From Bacteroidota bacterium (GTDB lineage Bacteria > Bacteroidota > Bacteroidia > Bacteroidales > WCHB1-69), in contig JAEWNB010000136.1 in NCBI GenBank assembly GCA_023392945.1, positions 3,050 to 67,049 on the forward strand: 64,000 nt of DNA. The letters are read 5' to 3'. A program made the position numbers and the translations under genes. A model generated the notes under the pieces. The model saw nothing but the letters and a program-made list of their open reading frames with translations. It was not told where the DNA came from and searched no databases. Below, piece after piece: positions 61,527-64,000 of the stretch (positions are counted from its first letter, which is position 1; each line of letters starts with the position of its first letter).

Positions 61527-62795
61527 ATGATTAACAGAATAATTTTAATTTTCTTTTTGATTTTAACATCAACTACTTTTGGGCAGACAATCCGCAAGCT
61601 TGAATACGATTTGTCTTGGTATGAATTTCCTGAAAAGTATGGTGACAAAATTGAAAAAGCCAAGAAATTACAAGAAATTGACCCTTTTAACTACATAGCA
61701 ACAAAATACATCTGCAATTATTACCATGATAGAAACATTGATTCTGTTTCTATCTACTTTGATAATTTAATTTCCAAATTCCCCAAAAATACTGAACCCT
61801 ATCTTTTAAGGTCAGAATTATTATTTCTTGAAGTTGATTATAATAATAAAGAAGAATACAATAGGCTTAAAATAAAATATTTAAAAAAGGGACTCGATAT
61901 TAATCCTAAAGACCCTTTAATAATCTTTATGTTGGCAGAAACATATTATAAGGATTTTATTTACCCATTGGAGAAAGAAAAAAATTGGGGATTTAGTACT
62001 AAATTTGAAGATGATAGGGTTGATTCTGCTTTAGTCAGTCCAGAAAAACCTATTAAAAAATCAACATTTGAAACTTCAGCAGATAGTTCATTAAAATATT
62101 TTTATCAATTATGGGAATTAAGAAAGGACAAAAGAGAGATTATTTACTATCCTATCAGACAACTTGAATGTTTTTTACAACAAATCGAGAAAACCCCAAT
62201 TCCAAAAGACACTGAAAGGAACTTCAATCAATGCTATTTCCCATTATCCTATTTCGCCAATCTATCAGATAATTGGGAATGTGACTTTACAACTGACTAC
62301 TTATCAGAAATTGAATTTGTGAAATCAACTGCTGAATGGCTTGAAATTCAACTTAGTGACATAAAAGAAGATTGTCTTTACAATTATGAAACTAAGCCTA
62401 ATACAACTATTTATCGATTTACTTGGCTAAGAAGTTTTGATAACCCGATTGCTATTAGAATTGAGAAATTTGAAAATAAAATAATGTTGTATTGGAAAGT
62501 TGGCAAAGGGGATGGTGGATATGAACCAAAAGGGTTAAAGAAATCAGGCAGGAAAAAACTTAATTCAAATGAATGGATAGAATTTGAAAAACTTGTTAAG
62601 GAGTCAAATTTCGATAGTTTGCCAAATAATATTTATATGCCACTTGTAGACGGATCAACTTGGACTTTAGAAAGGAAAACATCTGAATCATTTAAAGCTC
62701 ATAATACGGATTGGCCTAGCAAGGAAATTAAAAAAGCTTGTTTATACTTACTTGACCTGACAAAAATAAAAGTGAAAGATGAGGACAAATATTAA
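61527..62795 (+). CDS. hypothetical exported protein
   Basis: 422 aa with a signal peptide (ILIFFLILTSTTFGQ). The N-terminal half is helical-repeat-like. No family recognised. Confidence 0.5.
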   Translation: MINRIILIFFLILTSTTFGQTIRKLEYDLSWYEFPEKYGDKIEKAKKLQEIDPFNYIATKYICNYYHDRNIDSVSIYFDNLISKFPKNTEPYLLRSELLFLEVDYNNKEEYNRLKIKYLKKGLDINPKDPLIIFMLAETYYKDFIYPLEKEKNWGFSTKFEDDRVDSALVSPEKPIKKSTFETSADSSLKYFYQLWELRKDKREIIYYPIRQLECFLQQIEKTPIPKDTERNFNQCYFPLSYFANLSDNWECDFTTDYLSEIEFVKSTAEWLEIQLSDIKEDCLYNYETKPNTTIYRFTWLRSFDNPIAIRIEKFENKIMLYWKVGKGDGGYEPKGLKKSGRKKLNSNEWIEFEKLVKESNFDSLPNNIYMPLVDGSTWTLERKTSESFKAHNTDWPSKEIKKACLYLLDLTKIKVKDEDKY

Positions 62796-62805
62796 AAAAA
62801 ATAGT

Positions 62806-62937
62806 GTCTAACCCGCTGTATAATAAATTGCCGAGTTAATAGGTTTTTTAAGGGTAATATCCTACTTCAACTTTTCATGTACTTTGACAGGTCAGTGCTT
62901 TGAAATAGGAAAGAAATAATACTACAGAAAGTCAGCA
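62806..62937 (+). other. attC-like imperfect palindrome 3
   Basis: Left core GTCTAAC (62806-62812) is a perfect RYYYAAC. Right core GTCAGCA (62931-62937). The arms TGTATAATAAATT and AAATAATACTACA are partly complementary. Length is 132 bp. It shares CTAAC-N4-TGTATA with site 2. Confidence 0.4.
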
Positions 62938-63009
62938 GAAAAACTTATCCTAATAAATAAAGTAAATGTAACACCGCAAAGGAAAATAAAAATGGACAAG
63001 AAAAAATAA

Positions 63010-63693
63010 ATGAAAACAATTTTAAAAATCGCAGGTCTCATTGCACTAATGGTGCTGACGAGTACGACTTTCAGTCAGACAAATGAGATACAAATCAAGT
63101 TTATTGGAAATTGTGGGCTGTGGATGAGTGACGGAAGTCACAATATTTACTTGGATTTTCCATACAAATCAGGGGTTTACCGTTGCATGGAGTACGATTT
63201 ATCCGAAATAGACAGTATAAAGAGCAATCCTATTTTTATTTATACACACCTCCATGCTGATCATTATTCAGGAAGATTGGTCAAGGAACTTGCAAAAAAA
63301 CTCAATGGAAGAATTTATACTCCTCTTCATCTCCACAAACTATCAACACTCAATCATGAATTGAAAGATTTCTCCATTGAAGCTTTTAAAACAAAGCATA
63401 AGTATTCTATTAATCACTACTCCTATCTGATTACATGGCACAATAAAAGAATTCTAATTTCAGGAGATACAGAAAAATCAGATACAATTTGCAGTTTGAA
63501 GGACCTTGATTGTGCCTTTATTCCGTTTTGGATTTTGCTGGATGCAAATGATAAAGGAATTAAGCTTTTAAATCTCGGTAAAATGTTTCCCATTTATCAT
63601 ATTAGCCCCAGGTATCACATAACCAAAGATCCAAATGACACTAAAATATTGTTGCTAGATAAACCGGGAAAGATTATAACCATCCCCTATTAA
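63010..63693 (+). CDS. MBL-fold metallo-hydrolase (exported)
   Basis: 227 aa with a signal peptide. HLHADHYSG (HxHxDH) motif. Confidence 0.7.
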   Translation: MKTILKIAGLIALMVLTSTTFSQTNEIQIKFIGNCGLWMSDGSHNIYLDFPYKSGVYRCMEYDLSEIDSIKSNPIFIYTHLHADHYSGRLVKELAKKLNGRIYTPLHLHKLSTLNHELKDFSIEAFKTKHKYSINHYSYLITWHNKRILISGDTEKSDTICSLKDLDCAFIPFWILLDANDKGIKLLNLGKMFPIYHISPRYHITKDPNDTKILLLDKPGKIITIPY

Positions 63694-63791
63694 GAAAAAA
63701 ATGAAACATTAAATAGCATCTTTCTCTCTCACTAAACAAGTCGAACCATTGTACCCAAAATAAATAAATCAAACCATAAATTGATAAAATC

Positions 63792-64000
63792 ATGTCCACA
63801 TTAGAAAGGGCCATAGAAATAGCGATATCCGCACATAAAGGGAAAAAAGATAAAGCAGGGGCCGGCTATATTTTACATCCTCTTCGTGTCATGGCGCGCG
63901 GAAAGAACGATATGGAGAAAATTTGCGGCGTATTACATGATGTTGTGGAAGATAGCGAATGGACTTTTGAGATGCTTCAAAATGAAGGATTTTCCGAAGA
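63792..64000 (+). CDS. HD-domain protein, RelA/SpoT-type hydrolase-like (partial; runs off the window)
   Basis: My translation is MSTLERAIEIAISAHKGKKDKAGAGYILHPLRVMARG...GVLHDVVEDSEW..., which carries the H...HD..ED signature. Confidence 0.6.
   Translation, partial: MSTLERAIEIAISAHKGKKDKAGAGYILHPLRVMARGKNDMEKICGVLHDVVEDSEWTFEMLQNEGFSE

Larger units (their letters stand above)
58377..62937 (+). mobile_element. candidate integron-type gene-cassette array without an integrase in the window (CALIN-like)
   Basis: All ORFs are on the plus strand. Three 130-132 bp imperfect palindromes with AAC...GTN cores follow ORFs or ORF pairs. Cargo is small, unrelated and mostly uncharacterised. See findings. 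This is a hypothesis only. Confidence 0.4.

Noticed and set aside
63694-63791. Possible fourth attC-like site after the MBL-fold gene
   Set aside because: The 98-bp spacer contains CACTAAAC but no complementary right arm or GTT core that I could pair, so it is not called.

Overview
This is a low-GC Bacteroidota chromosomal fragment. Bacteroidota-type promoter -7 boxes (TAnnTTTG), type IX secretion system (T9SS) genes and T9SS C-terminal sorting domains support that assignment. Positions 1-44.8 kb are mostly core genome. They hold a T9SS/gliding cluster (gldJ partial, a porP/sprF-like gene, porU, porV). They also hold housekeeping genes (ispF, dcp, recQ, glnS, mscL, topA, pheT, rnpA-yidD, panB), two tRNAs, a two-component system, and a ribosomal-protein/secY/rpoA supercluster. 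That supercluster is visibly rearranged: rplC-rplD-rplW-rplB-rpsS lies on the minus strand, diverging from rpmD-rplO-secY-map-infA-rpmJ-rpsM-rpsK-rpsD-rpoA-rplQ on the plus strand. rpsJ and the 13 genes rplV..rpsE are absent. Positions 44.8-64 kb look accessory. They contain a GC-rich perfect palindrome, two large T9SS cargo proteins, an orphan hicB flanked by a duplicated promoter, a patatin-like lipase and an RND pump lacking an outer-membrane gene. The most interesting part is 58.08-63.7 kb. A roughly 300 bp array of 21-bp phased dyad-containing repeats ends in a perfect 20-bp palindrome that abuts a GTT core. It is followed by a one-directional run of small, mostly uncharacterised ORFs separated by three 130-132 bp attC-like imperfect palindromes. 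Two of the units share a homologous leader of about 325 nt. I read this as an integron-like cassette array with no integrase in the window. That reading is a hypothesis from manual pairing only and needs a covariance-model check. I saw no CRISPR array, rRNA or transposase.
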